This document shows, in pieces, positions 55,275 through 64,000 of a DNA stretch of 64,000 bases; position 1 is the stretch's first letter; each line of letters starts with the position of its first letter. The DNA lies in the IMG/VR virus record IMGVR_UViG_3300031994_000061, positions 21,868-85,867 of that record; one strand, 5' to 3'. The notes beneath the pieces are model-generated. The model was not told where the DNA came from. It made no database searches and saw nothing but the letters and a program-made list of their open reading frames with translations. Origin of the DNA: a virus (taxonomy: Duplodnaviria > Caudoviricetes). Made by a program: the position numbers and the translations under genes.

Positions 55275-55847
55275 ATGCCAAGTAAAAGTAAATCACAACA
55301 GAGATTCTTCGGTATGGTTGATGCCTATAAGAAAGGCGAGTTGAAGAATCCAAGTAATAAGATAAAGAAAGCAGCAAATGGAATGTCCATGAAAGATGTT
55401 AAGGACTTTGCTGAGACAAAGCATGATGGTTTACCAGAAACAGTAGAAAATACCATTAAATCTAATTTATCAGACAAAGCTATAAAGTTAACAGAAAATG
55501 AATTGCATACTCTTGTGAAAGAATCTGTAATGATAATACTAAACGAGGCTTATAATGATATGAATTTTAATAATGACGTTAACGACGATGAACTTAGTGA
55601 TGAATTAGAGGCTGTTGGCGCAATAGGAGAAGCTACACCAGAGGAAATAAAAGGTTGGGAAGAAGACCTTTGGATTAATGTTAATAAAACATTACAGAAC
55701 GCTAATTATCTCTTCAATAAGACAAGGGATGAAAAATATGCTAAGATTGCTGAAATAATTGGAAATTCATTAGAACTTTTTCCAGAAGATGCAGAGAACA
55801 TATATATGGGAATAGATTATGACCCAAATGCTGGTTATGGTGGATAA
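55275..55847 (+). CDS. DUF3008-like N-terminal domain plus internal cargo leader
   Basis: MPSKSKSQQRFFG...DFAETKHDGLPE; IKLTENELHTLVKESVMIILNE. Confidence 0.65.
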   Translation: MPSKSKSQQRFFGMVDAYKKGELKNPSNKIKKAANGMSMKDVKDFAETKHDGLPETVENTIKSNLSDKAIKLTENELHTLVKESVMIILNEAYNDMNFNNDVNDDELSDELEAVGAIGEATPEEIKGWEEDLWINVNKTLQNANYLFNKTRDEKYAKIAEIIGNSLELFPEDAENIYMGIDYDPNAGYGG

Positions 55848-56598
55848 AATTGATAACATAATAAGAGAAAGTATAAATTCAGTTCTTGAAGGTTTGGATT
55901 TGGACCCAGTATACGGTACAGTTAGTATGAATGCGGACCATCAGAATTATGTGGACACAAATGATGCTTGGAGTCCACAGCCTTATTATTCTACAATTAA
56001 TGGTCATAGAGTCATATCATTGTTTAGGAATAAGTGGGAGCATAACCCACTCATATGGGCATTGAAAAATAAAAAATGGAAATTTAAAAACCCACGTTAT
56101 GATATAATGTTTCTTCTTAGGAGGTTAGTAGCAGTCACTAAAGAATTGCATGAAAATTTTGATGTTATCATCACAACACCATCATCTAGTAATCTTAATA
56201 ATGAATTGCTAAGTAGAGTTGAGAAACTGATACCACATTCTAAGTCATATAAAAATTTCTTTGTAAAGTATAGTGCAAAAGAAGTATATGATAATTTACC
56301 GAATGCATATAAAAAAGAACTTAATGTATATTTTCAAAAAATGCAAGAGGTTAATAATGGGATATTCTCATACAAATACATTCCACCAAATTTTAGGAAT
56401 AAAATTGGTGAAACCATGCATACAAACGGAGAATTAAAACTATCCAAAGAAATCAACGGAAAACAAATATTAATACTTGACGATACTGTAACTACTGGAA
56501 AAACGTTATCTGATTCGGCAAAGGCTCTTATGGCTACATTTGCTCCAGCAAGCATTACATTCTTTACGATAATGATACCACAAGATATTGATTCTTGA
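55837..56598 (+). CDS. type I phosphoribosyltransferase-fold protein
   Basis: PRPP-binding loop ILILDDTVTTGKTL; DVIITTPSSS; leader-like start IDNIIRESINSVLE. Confidence 0.75.
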   Translation: MVDKIDNIIRESINSVLEGLDLDPVYGTVSMNADHQNYVDTNDAWSPQPYYSTINGHRVISLFRNKWEHNPLIWALKNKKWKFKNPRYDIMFLLRRLVAVTKELHENFDVIITTPSSSNLNNELLSRVEKLIPHSKSYKNFFVKYSAKEVYDNLPNAYKKELNVYFQKMQEVNNGIFSYKYIPPNFRNKIGETMHTNGELKLSKEINGKQILILDDTVTTGKTLSDSAKALMATFAPASITFFTIMIPQDIDS

Positions 56599-56654
56599 TT
56601 TTTATACTAAAATAACTAATTATTTAAAATAGCACAGAAAAAGTTATATTTTAT

Positions 56655-57041
56655 ATGCAATACTTTTATATAAAACAGGGTAGTACACTGCCAACGCTTA
56701 GGATGGAACTTATTGAGGATGGAAGACACGATTTCAACAAGTTTCATGAGTGTATACAGGCTGCTGACATAACTTTTACAATGGTTAACATTGATACCAA
56801 CATCACGAAGGTTGCTAAGAATAAGGCATATATCAAACTTCGTGAACATGATGACTGTACTGAGCAGTATGTCATCTGTTACGACTGGAAAGAGCGTGAC
56901 ACCAAGGAGGCTGGAAGTTATAAGGGAGTATTTGAGATAACCTTCAGCGGGAAAATAAAAAACGATTCCTATACATATCCAAACGGTATATTGAACATGC
57001 CGATTCGTGAGGAATTGATGATTACAATTTTACCTAAATAA
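56655..57041 (+). CDS. BppU N-terminal-like structural protein
   Basis: FYIKQGSTLPTLRMEL...YDW...DT..AG.Y.G.FEITF pattern. Confidence 0.6.
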   Translation: MQYFYIKQGSTLPTLRMELIEDGRHDFNKFHECIQAADITFTMVNIDTNITKVAKNKAYIKLREHDDCTEQYVICYDWKERDTKEAGSYKGVFEITFSGKIKNDSYTYPNGILNMPIREELMITILPK

Positions 57042-57043
57042 CT

Positions 57044-58618
57044 ATGTTTAGTTTTGATGTAAAACCATATAGAACAAAGTCTGGTGGTATAACCAACCTC
57101 ATATTGGTTACTGGTGATGCTACTGATTCCACAATCGAATATAAGGATGAAATGAAGAAGTTCGGTGCTAAGTGGATTGGAGCACTCAGAACATGGGGAT
57201 GGTGGGGGTCTCAAGACCCAGCCAAGAACAAAACCATTATTGATACGATGGTTAGACCAGCTGTAGAGTTTCTTTTGTCGAAGGAAAAAAACCCAGGTAA
57301 TGATGAAACGAGAAATGTGGTAAGTATTCTTGACAAGATTTTACAAGCTCTAAGTACTGAGAATACTGAGGCTGAGGAAATGGCTAATACAAATGTCTAT
57401 ATGACAAAGGCTCAGATTACAGAGAAAATATACACATTTAAATCAAAGCTTGTAAATACCGTAAGTAGTGAAGAGTTTAAGAGACTTATTATGCCTATCA
57501 TGAAGGCTAGGAAGGCTCAAGGATACAGGTATTCATTTTCTAATGTAATCCTTATCTGGTGTCAAGACCCAGAGGCTACAATGGTTAAGAATAAAACAGA
57601 CTGGTTAAAGGCTAACAGGAGAATTAAGCCTAATGCCCCAGCAATCGGATTATTCATTAAGACTGGAGGAAGCAGAAGATTTAAAGGAAGAGAGGAGAGA
57701 GCACGTGCTAAGGCAGAGTGGTTGAGAGATAACGGTTTTCAGTCAGAGGCAGAACTTTCAGTTGGAGACAAGGAGAGACTGAGACATTATCTTGATTCAA
57801 CTGACGATAGTACAATATCATTCAAGCTTGGTTTCTATTTTTACGATGTTAGATTTACAGAACAGATTGAAGGTACTGAGGATGTTGTTGGTGACGGTAA
57901 GGCAGAAGTTCCTTGGTTCAATGATAGTGGTAATGAAACAATGGCTGTTAAGGAGAAAATCGAATGTGTTCTTGAGGTTGTAAGGGATTCTGGAGTTAAT
58001 GTATCATCAACACCTAATCTTGGAGGTGCTCTAGGCGTATCTAAGAGTGGTTCTATAGAGGTTCTTGATAAAGCTAAACTCAACTCAAATTTCTTGATGA
58101 CAATTACCCATGAGTTTGCACATGAATTACTTCATCAAAAGTATTTACATGATAACAACCCAGAGTTTGGACAATTCTATTTCGGAAGACCAGAGGGTAA
58201 AGGGTTTGTTGAACAACAGGCAGAGCTTACAGCATGGATAGTTTGTAATTTCTACGGATATGATATAAAGGAGGCAATTAACTATGCGGCAATATGGGGT
58301 ATGAATGAAAAGAATGCTGTACATGCATTCGATACTGTTGCAAAGGTAGCTGACTTTATTATTAATAAAACTAATGAGAAAATTAAACAAAGAAGAGAAA
58401 CAATGGTTGAGAATAAAGAACGTCTTAACGAGGTTAATTACACTGGACGTGATATTGCCGCAATGCTTGGAAAGGAAGCACTTGCTGTTTATGATAGGGG
58501 AATACAACAGCAACAGGAAGAAGAGGCTGGAATGCAAGAGGCAATGGAGAGCTTCAAGAAAATGGTAAATAAAATCAACGAATGCGATAAGAAGAGATTA
58601 CAGGACGTTCTTGATTAA
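57044..58618 (+). CDS. ArdC-like ssDNA-binding domain plus zincin metallopeptidase (MPTase)
   Basis: YSFSNVILIWCQDPEAT...W.K.NR.IK..A.AI; THEFAHELLH; EQQAELTAWIV. Confidence 0.75.
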   Translation: MFSFDVKPYRTKSGGITNLILVTGDATDSTIEYKDEMKKFGAKWIGALRTWGWWGSQDPAKNKTIIDTMVRPAVEFLLSKEKNPGNDETRNVVSILDKILQALSTENTEAEEMANTNVYMTKAQITEKIYTFKSKLVNTVSSEEFKRLIMPIMKARKAQGYRYSFSNVILIWCQDPEATMVKNKTDWLKANRRIKPNAPAIGLFIKTGGSRRFKGREERARAKAEWLRDNGFQSEAELSVGDKERLRHYLDSTDDSTISFKLGFYFYDVRFTEQIEGTEDVVGDGKAEVPWFNDSGNETMAVKEKIECVLEVVRDSGVNVSSTPNLGGALGVSKSGSIEVLDKAKLNSNFLMTITHEFAHELLHQKYLHDNNPEFGQFYFGRPEGKGFVEQQAELTAWIVCNFYGYDIKEAINYAAIWGMNEKNAVHAFDTVAKVADFIINKTNEKIKQRRETMVENKERLNEVNYTGRDIAAMLGKEALAVYDRGIQQQQEEEAGMQEAMESFKKMVNKINECDKKRLQDVLD

Positions 58619-58623
58619 ATTAA

Positions 58624-58887
58624 TTGATAAATGTTATGGTAGAACCAATTTTTAAACCAGGTGATTATATTATTAATAGGTCAGCTGATGATATGGCTAT
58701 AATCGATAAAGTTACGAAAAAGAATTATTATCATTTTAAGGTTTACTATGGTGGTATGTTCAATGAGTTTAAGAATGTAGAGGATAAGAGCTACGATTTG
58801 CAAGTGAATTACCAGAAATTCTTTGACCTGTGTAATGAGGAGGAAAAGAAAAATTTAGATGAGTTGATAAAAAATAGGGGGAAGTGA
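58624..58887 (+). CDS. hypothetical protein
   Basis: ORF track. Confidence 0.65.
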   Translation: MINVMVEPIFKPGDYIINRSADDMAIIDKVTKKNYYHFKVYYGGMFNEFKNVEDKSYDLQVNYQKFFDLCNEEEKKNLDELIKNRGK

Positions 58888-58906
58888 GTAACTTCCCTTT
58901 ATTTTT
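58878..58906 (+). terminator. intrinsic terminator
   Basis: GGGAAGT-gagta-ACTTCCC plus T-rich tail. Confidence 0.6.
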
Positions 58907-58962
58907 TGATTCAGAATGGATATTTATAGTAAATTACGTAATTAAAATATTTAATAAAAATT

Positions 58963-60741
58963 ATGGCTAAAAAATTTATAAGACATTTAGAGTTCTATGG
59001 TTTCCCAGACCAGAACACCTATGTTAGTGACATAAACGGCTGCTGTAACGTAGATTTGTCAGAAATCATCAAGAAAAACAAGGAGCAGGATGAGGAAATC
59101 CAGGACCTTAGCGATGAAAAAGCCAACCAGAAAGACCTCTTAGAGCTTTCTGGAACAGTTGAGTCGATGATTGAGGTGCAATCTGAAATCAACCAGGAGT
59201 TTGCTGAGACTATCAGTGGACATACACAAAGGCTTGATGATATTACTGATAAAGTAAACGAGATTAGTGACGCTGTTAACGATGCAATCTGTGGAATACA
59301 GAACCTGGGAGATAAAGTTGATGACGTTGTTGTAGACATTACTGAATTAAGTGGTAAGGTAGAGACCTTTAGTGCTAATACTCAAGATGCTATTACAGAG
59401 ATACATGAAGAGCTTGATGAGAAGCTTGATAAGACTGAGGCTGAAGAAACATATGCTAAGAAGAGTGATGTTTACACCAAGGAAGAGACCGATGCAAAAA
59501 TAGCTGAAGAACTTGAATCTTATGCAACAAAAGAGTGGGTTGAAGACAATTTCTTAACTCAAGAACAGGGCGATGCAAGATATGCTAGAAAGGAAACTGT
59601 TGATGCACTTAACGATAGAGTTAACAGTGCTATAACAGACCTTAATACAAAGATATATACGCTGAGTGGAAATGTTGCTGAATTCTCTGCTACGACCAAC
59701 AACAGAATGGGTGTACTTGAAACCAACTTCGAGACTCTTAGAGGCGAGGTTAACAGGAAGATTAATACTTTAAGTGCAACCGTTGAAGCACAGGATGCTA
59801 GAATTTCTCAAAATGCTGATAATATTGATGCACTTGAGGATGAAATGGCTAGAAAGGCTAACCAGGCTGACCTTGAGGTTCTTGAAAATACTGTATCCAA
59901 CCTTGCTGACCTTGTTGATACTAAGGTAAGTAAGACAGAGTTTGAGACTTACAAGAGTCATATTGTAAACGAGCTTAATAATCTTGATGATAAAAAAGCT
60001 GACAAGAGAGACCTTGAGGATACAAACGATAGAATTGATGAGCTTGAGGAAAAACTTAACCAGGAGAAGGAAGATAGGGCATCTGGTGACACATATATCC
60101 TTAACGTAATCAGTGGCATCAATGAGACAATTACTGAAATAAAGGAAGATGGTGAGGAATATGAGCAGAGAATTACCAACCTTGAGGATGGTTTGGCACA
60201 GGAAATTGCTGACAGGCAACAGGCAGACCTTGACCTCATCGGAGCTGAAACAGACCCAATTGAATATGATACAATATGGGGTGCAAAGAATTTCTCAAAG
60301 AATCAGAGAAGACTTGCTGTAAACGAGGCTAATGATTACACTAACCAGGAAATTTCTGGACTTAGGGGTGAAATGAATGCTCAGTTTAACCAAGTTGAAC
60401 AGGAAATGTCCGCTAAAGCTTCAATTGAGTATGTTGATAACACGAAGAACGAACTTAAAGCAGAGCTTGAAGAAGAGATTGATGATGCTGTACAGGAAGA
60501 GGAAAACAGAGCTACACTTGTTGAAGGAAACTTGTTAAATAGAATCATACAGAATACTTCTGCAATCAGTGAAAACGATGATGATATTGACCTTCTTGCA
60601 AACAGACTTAATGCGATAACAGCATGGGATGGTACTAATCCAGATGAATACGTTAACACTGGAAATGGTGTATTGGATGTACTTCATAGGGAGTTCCACC
60701 AGCTTATTGACATATTAACACAAAAAGGTATATTGCCATAA
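58963..60741 (+). CDS. long coiled-coil structural protein (fibre/whisker-like)
   Basis: heptad-rich acidic 592-aa ORF; TATTTATA at 58921. Confidence 0.65.
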   Translation: MAKKFIRHLEFYGFPDQNTYVSDINGCCNVDLSEIIKKNKEQDEEIQDLSDEKANQKDLLELSGTVESMIEVQSEINQEFAETISGHTQRLDDITDKVNEISDAVNDAICGIQNLGDKVDDVVVDITELSGKVETFSANTQDAITEIHEELDEKLDKTEAEETYAKKSDVYTKEETDAKIAEELESYATKEWVEDNFLTQEQGDARYARKETVDALNDRVNSAITDLNTKIYTLSGNVAEFSATTNNRMGVLETNFETLRGEVNRKINTLSATVEAQDARISQNADNIDALEDEMARKANQADLEVLENTVSNLADLVDTKVSKTEFETYKSHIVNELNNLDDKKADKRDLEDTNDRIDELEEKLNQEKEDRASGDTYILNVISGINETITEIKEDGEEYEQRITNLEDGLAQEIADRQQADLDLIGAETDPIEYDTIWGAKNFSKNQRRLAVNEANDYTNQEISGLRGEMNAQFNQVEQEMSAKASIEYVDNTKNELKAELEEEIDDAVQEEENRATLVEGNLLNRIIQNTSAISENDDDIDLLANRLNAITAWDGTNPDEYVNTGNGVLDVLHREFHQLIDILTQKGILP

Positions 60742-60746
60742 CAAAA

Positions 60747-60782
60747 TAAAAGAGGTAGACCGAAATCTACCTCTTTTTTTTA
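60747..60782. terminator. bidirectional intrinsic terminator
   Basis: AAAAGAGGTAGA-ccgaaa-TCTACCTCTTTT. Confidence 0.85.
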
Positions 60783-61214
60783 GTTTATCATAAGAACATT
60801 TTTAATTGCTAGTTTATTTTCAACGTCATCCAACGTTTCTCCGAATCTGAAAAATATTCTTCCTTCCTCTGGATATTCGTCATAATCATCGACGTTTTCC
60901 CAGGCTAGGGCAATAATACCGTCAGTACAGTCCTGGAAACCGAAACAACATGAGTTTTGTATCAAATCTAGCTTAATTTTCATTTTAACGATATGAATTT
61001 CAGTTATAAACTTCTCATACGGCATAAGGTTGTTGACTAGACATGATGGTTTATACTCGAAGTTCTCTCCCCAAAACTCATCAATATTGGCTGTAAAAAT
61101 AAACTCATATCTATAATATCCATCAGTTTCCTCTCCTATAAGCCTTATGAAACCAAGTCTAACATCTTCCTCTTCTTCGTTACTTAAGCTCAGAGAGTGG
61201 TTTAAATTCTCCAT
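60780..61214 (-). CDS. hypothetical protein
   Basis: ORF track. Confidence 0.75.
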   Translation of the reverse strand: MENLNHSLSLSNEEEEDVRLGFIRLIGEETDGYYRYEFIFTANIDEFWGENFEYKPSCLVNNLMPYEKFITEIHIVKMKIKLDLIQNSCCFGFQDCTDGIIALAWENVDDYDEYPEEGRIFFRFGETLDDVENKLAIKNVLMIN

Positions 61215-61998
61215 AATTCAATTTATCCTTAACTTTCTTAGAAGCCTCAAACTTAGTCATCTTAGACTTCATTAAATTCTTATATTCACCAATCTTCTTC
61301 AAGAAAGCTTCACTTTCAGCAAGCTTGTCAATAGGTGTTTCAGAAACAATGTCAAGTATCTGTTGTTCCTTCTCAGTTACACCATCCTGGAACTCTATCT
61401 CCTTGTCCCTCTTACCACCGTATGTAACGATTTCTTTATTATTCTCAAGAATATCCTTGGTGGTTTCATTTGTTGGCTCGTTTTTTTCATTCCAAGCCAT
61501 CTTAAAATCTTTTTCAGCTTCTGCCTTCAACTCCTCCATAATAGCTGAAGTTTTACCGTCTGGCTTAAACGTTATAGGATGTTTCTTGAAATCATCAGAC
61601 TCAAGAGTGTCAATTATCTTCTTAGACTCATCAGCATTTATAACCATTTTATTAGCTTCACATCTAATTTCATCGAGCCTGGTTTTGTCTTTATCCTGTG
61701 CCTCCTTAATGGCTTCCTTTATCTCTCGTCCTACTGAGTTTGCAGTTCCACTGTCTCCACGAAGCTGTCTAATCTTCTGGGCAATACCATATGACTTGTC
61801 AATGAGTTCTCTGTCAAGTTTTCTTTCAGCTTCTCTATCAAGAACACTTGCTCCTTCCAAAAATACCCTAGGTTCTTTCTTAGATATTATTTTCATACCA
61901 GTAACCTCTCCGTTTTCAAGGTCTAGGCATATAAAGCTGTCCTTATCAGCATCAAGTACAATCTTTACAATTTTGGATTCATCAAAATTAATATTCAT
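61180..61998 (-). CDS. hypothetical charged protein
   Basis: ORF track. Confidence 0.75.
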   Translation of the reverse strand: MNINFDESKIVKIVLDADKDSFICLDLENGEVTGMKIISKKEPRVFLEGASVLDREAERKLDRELIDKSYGIAQKIRQLRGDSGTANSVGREIKEAIKEAQDKDKTRLDEIRCEANKMVINADESKKIIDTLESDDFKKHPITFKPDGKTSAIMEELKAEAEKDFKMAWNEKNEPTNETTKDILENNKEIVTYGGKRDKEIEFQDGVTEKEQQILDIVSETPIDKLAESEAFLKKIGEYKNLMKSKMTKFEASKKVKDKLNYGEFKPLSELK

Positions 61999-62022
61999 AA
62001 TCTCTTGTTTTTATAAAGTTAT

Positions 62023-62583
62023 TTAGCAAGTACCTTTATATTCCCACTCATTCCGTGTCATATCGTACTGCATATTTTTATATTTTTTCTTTTGCTCTTT
62101 TTTTAATGTTTTGAGTTCTTTTATAGCATCACGATATTTCTTGCTATCTTCAGACCACAACTTCCTAAGATTCCAGTAAAGAGAACATAATCTCCAGAGT
62201 CTTACTGGATTAAGATAGAATATAAATTTACGGAATTTATATTTAAACGACTGCTCATCAGTACCCTTAAGTTCATATCCGTTAATAAACTGTTCCCTAC
62301 TGATGCTATCTATATATTCAACTCTGTATTTAGCCATACCGAATGCTGCTTTTGAAAGTACCTGGAACATTCTTTTCTCCTGCTGGATTCTCGACATTGG
62401 TTTATGAATCACTTCCTCGAAAGCTTCAAAAGTATCAAAGTTCTTACGTTTACCTTCTCTAATCTCGGTTGCTTCCATAAACATGCCTTTAAGGAACTCA
62501 TAATCTCTTGGTAATGATTTTATTTCCCAATAACTTAAAAGCCCTTTAACACCATTGTTGTAAATCTGTTTGTCTATTGCCAT
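62023..62583 (-). CDS. hypothetical protein
   Basis: start reassigned to MAIDKQ. Confidence 0.7.
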   Translation of the reverse strand: MAIDKQIYNNGVKGLLSYWEIKSLPRDYEFLKGMFMEATEIREGKRKNFDTFEAFEEVIHKPMSRIQQEKRMFQVLSKAAFGMAKYRVEYIDSISREQFINGYELKGTDEQSFKYKFRKFIFYLNPVRLWRLCSLYWNLRKLWSEDSKKYRDAIKELKTLKKEQKKKYKNMQYDMTRNEWEYKGTC

Positions 62584-62584
62584 A

Positions 62585-64000
62585 TTATTTATTTTTTTCG
62601 CTAACAATTATATTATCGATAATCTCCTGTTTACCCCTTACTTTATCAAACATTTCTTTATAAAAAGTATCGGAAAATACTTGATAATAAATAGTTACAT
62701 CATTTTTTTGGTTTAACCTATGTATCCTATCTTCTGCTTGTAAGTTATCACCACTAACCCAACTGAAACTATTGAATATGGCAACCCTGGATGCTACAAG
62801 GGTGAGACCTACACCAGCTGACTGTATATTTCCGATGAATACTTTTATATCTGGATTATTCTGAAACCCCTCTACAGACTTATCTTTTCTCTTTGCTAGC
62901 ATCTTACCATTATGCACTACGCAGATGTCCTTGAAGGCTTCCTTGATGGTATTCAGCTCCTCATCAAATGAACAGAAAATGACCACCTTATGACCAAGGT
63001 CGATACACTTCTGTGCAAGGTCTATAGTTCTACTTGTCATAGCATTTGCTAGCCACTGCCTCATCATGATACCTTCAACAATTTTCCTATGTTTCTCAAG
63101 TTCATGTGATGGTACTGTAGCCTTACTATTTTCACGTATGTATTCTTCCCATACTCTTGAATAACTTTCCCTTTCCTTTGACGTGAGATTATAGTTAAGA
63201 ACCTTCACAGTTTTTTTCTTAAGTTCAAGGTCATTTTTATCTCTTCTAAGATAGAATGGTTTTATTATCTCCTGCAACTCATCCAAATTGGAAGCACCAT
63301 CAGTTATCCATATCTTCTTGCATTTTTTATCAAGTATTTCATCTAATTCTTTCTTTTCATCATCATCAAGCTCATACCAGTTCTTTTTACCAACCTTTCC
63401 ACAATATATTAGACAGTGTGCATCACGCTCTTTCCTATTGTAGAAGAATCTACCGTCGCAATACCTTTCAACATAATATTTCCAGTCATCAGCAACAGCA
63501 GCACCAATGATTTTAAGTATGTTGTAGAAGTTAATTGGTCTATTGGTTATTGGAGTACCAGATAACTCATATATGCCTTTAGGATTAGACCTTTTAACCA
63601 GGTCAGACATAATCTTGTAGAATCCACTGGTTGTATTAGACAGTCTGTGCGCTTCATCGATAATCATGAGGTCAAATCTTGACTGATATAGCTGGCTGTT
63701 TTCCATTGCCTCAGCTATTATATTTTTTTTCTTTGATACTCTCTCTTTTTCTTTGGTCACTCTGGTAATGATATCACCTTCAAGTTCCAATGAAGTCTGT
63801 TTTACAGTTTCCATAGGAATCTCGTAGAAATTCTTTAGGATATCATAGTTTATTATCGTAAACCTATTTTCCTTCCAATTTCTACCCTCCACTATTGTTA
63901 TATCATCTTCATCAACGTACTGCATGAGTTCCTTCTTCCATGTAAGTTTCACTGAAGCAGGACAAACGATGAGAACTTTCTGATATTTGTCCTCAAGTGC
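62585..64000 (-). CDS. SNF2-family helicase/ATPase, partial (5' end outside the window)
   Basis: VLIVCPASVK, IINYDIL, IIDEAH, LSGTPITNRP, GVGLTL, QAEDRIHR; frame open to position 64000. Confidence 0.9.
   Translation of the reverse strand, partial: ALEDKYQKVLIVCPASVKLTWKKELMQYVDEDDITIVEGRNWKENRFTIINYDILKNFYEIPMETVKQTSLELEGDIITRVTKEKERVSKKKNIIAEAMENSQLYQSRFDLMIIDEAHRLSNTTSGFYKIMSDLVKRSNPKGIYELSGTPITNRPINFYNILKIIGAAVADDWKYYVERYCDGRFFYNRKERDAHCLIYCGKVGKKNWYELDDDEKKELDEILDKKCKKIWITDGASNLDELQEIIKPFYLRRDKNDLELKKKTVKVLNYNLTSKERESYSRVWEEYIRENSKATVPSHELEKHRKIVEGIMMRQWLANAMTSRTIDLAQKCIDLGHKVVIFCSFDEELNTIKEAFKDICVVHNGKMLAKRKDKSVEGFQNNPDIKVFIGNIQSAGVGLTLVASRVAIFNSFSWVSGDNLQAEDRIHRLNQKNDVTIYYQVFSDTFYKEMFDKVRGKQEIIDNIIVSEKNK

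Noticed and set aside
1-64000. Stop-codon recoding (TAG to Gln) as in Lak megaphages and some crAss-like phages
   Set aside because: Long genes are intact in code 11, and TAG terminates genes at expected ends (e.g. thyA 32172-32174, 43296-43298, 49728-49730); no fragmentation is visible.
1-64000. tRNA, rRNA, integrase or transposase genes
   Set aside because: No cloverleaf or T-loop signatures in the short intergenic gaps, and no recombinase or transposase motifs were recognised.

Overview
A 64-kb segment of a large T4-like (jumbo-type) tailed phage genome read in standard code 11. The host is almost certainly Bacteroidota: 12 copies of the Bacteroides-type sigma promoter (T/C)TTG-N19-20-TA(T/A)CTTTG precede the early/metabolic genes. 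The left part (1-32.7 kb, mostly minus strand) holds early, auxiliary and nucleotide/RNA-repair genes: RNA ligase, HNH, class II aldolase-domain protein, AAA ATPase, two metallophosphoesterases, dNMP kinase, thioredoxin, UvrD helicase, XRE regulator, RlaP-like NTase, Thg1, aspartyl protease, GNATs, ClpC-like ATPase, KTSC, MazG-like and thyA. Small late-gene islands interrupt it. The right part (32.7-60.7 kb, mostly plus strand) is the head module: large terminase, portal, an inverted prohead protease, scaffold and major capsid protein. It is interleaved with many genes that share a sense-strand TATTTATA promoter motif and an N-terminal or internal I/L-x-E-rich leader (MKQIIRLTESDLHxxVKESV type). 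These probable head-packaged cargo proteins include a 1335-aa polyvalent ART/NTase protein, a PRTase, an ArdC-zincin and a ferritin-like protein. Other notable signals are an A10 slippage site that would fuse two head-module ORFs, promoter/terminator overlap cassettes and a candidate pseudoknotted RNA next to the lysozyme gene. A SNF2-like helicase runs off the right end. All family assignments come from motif recognition by eye; no database search was run.
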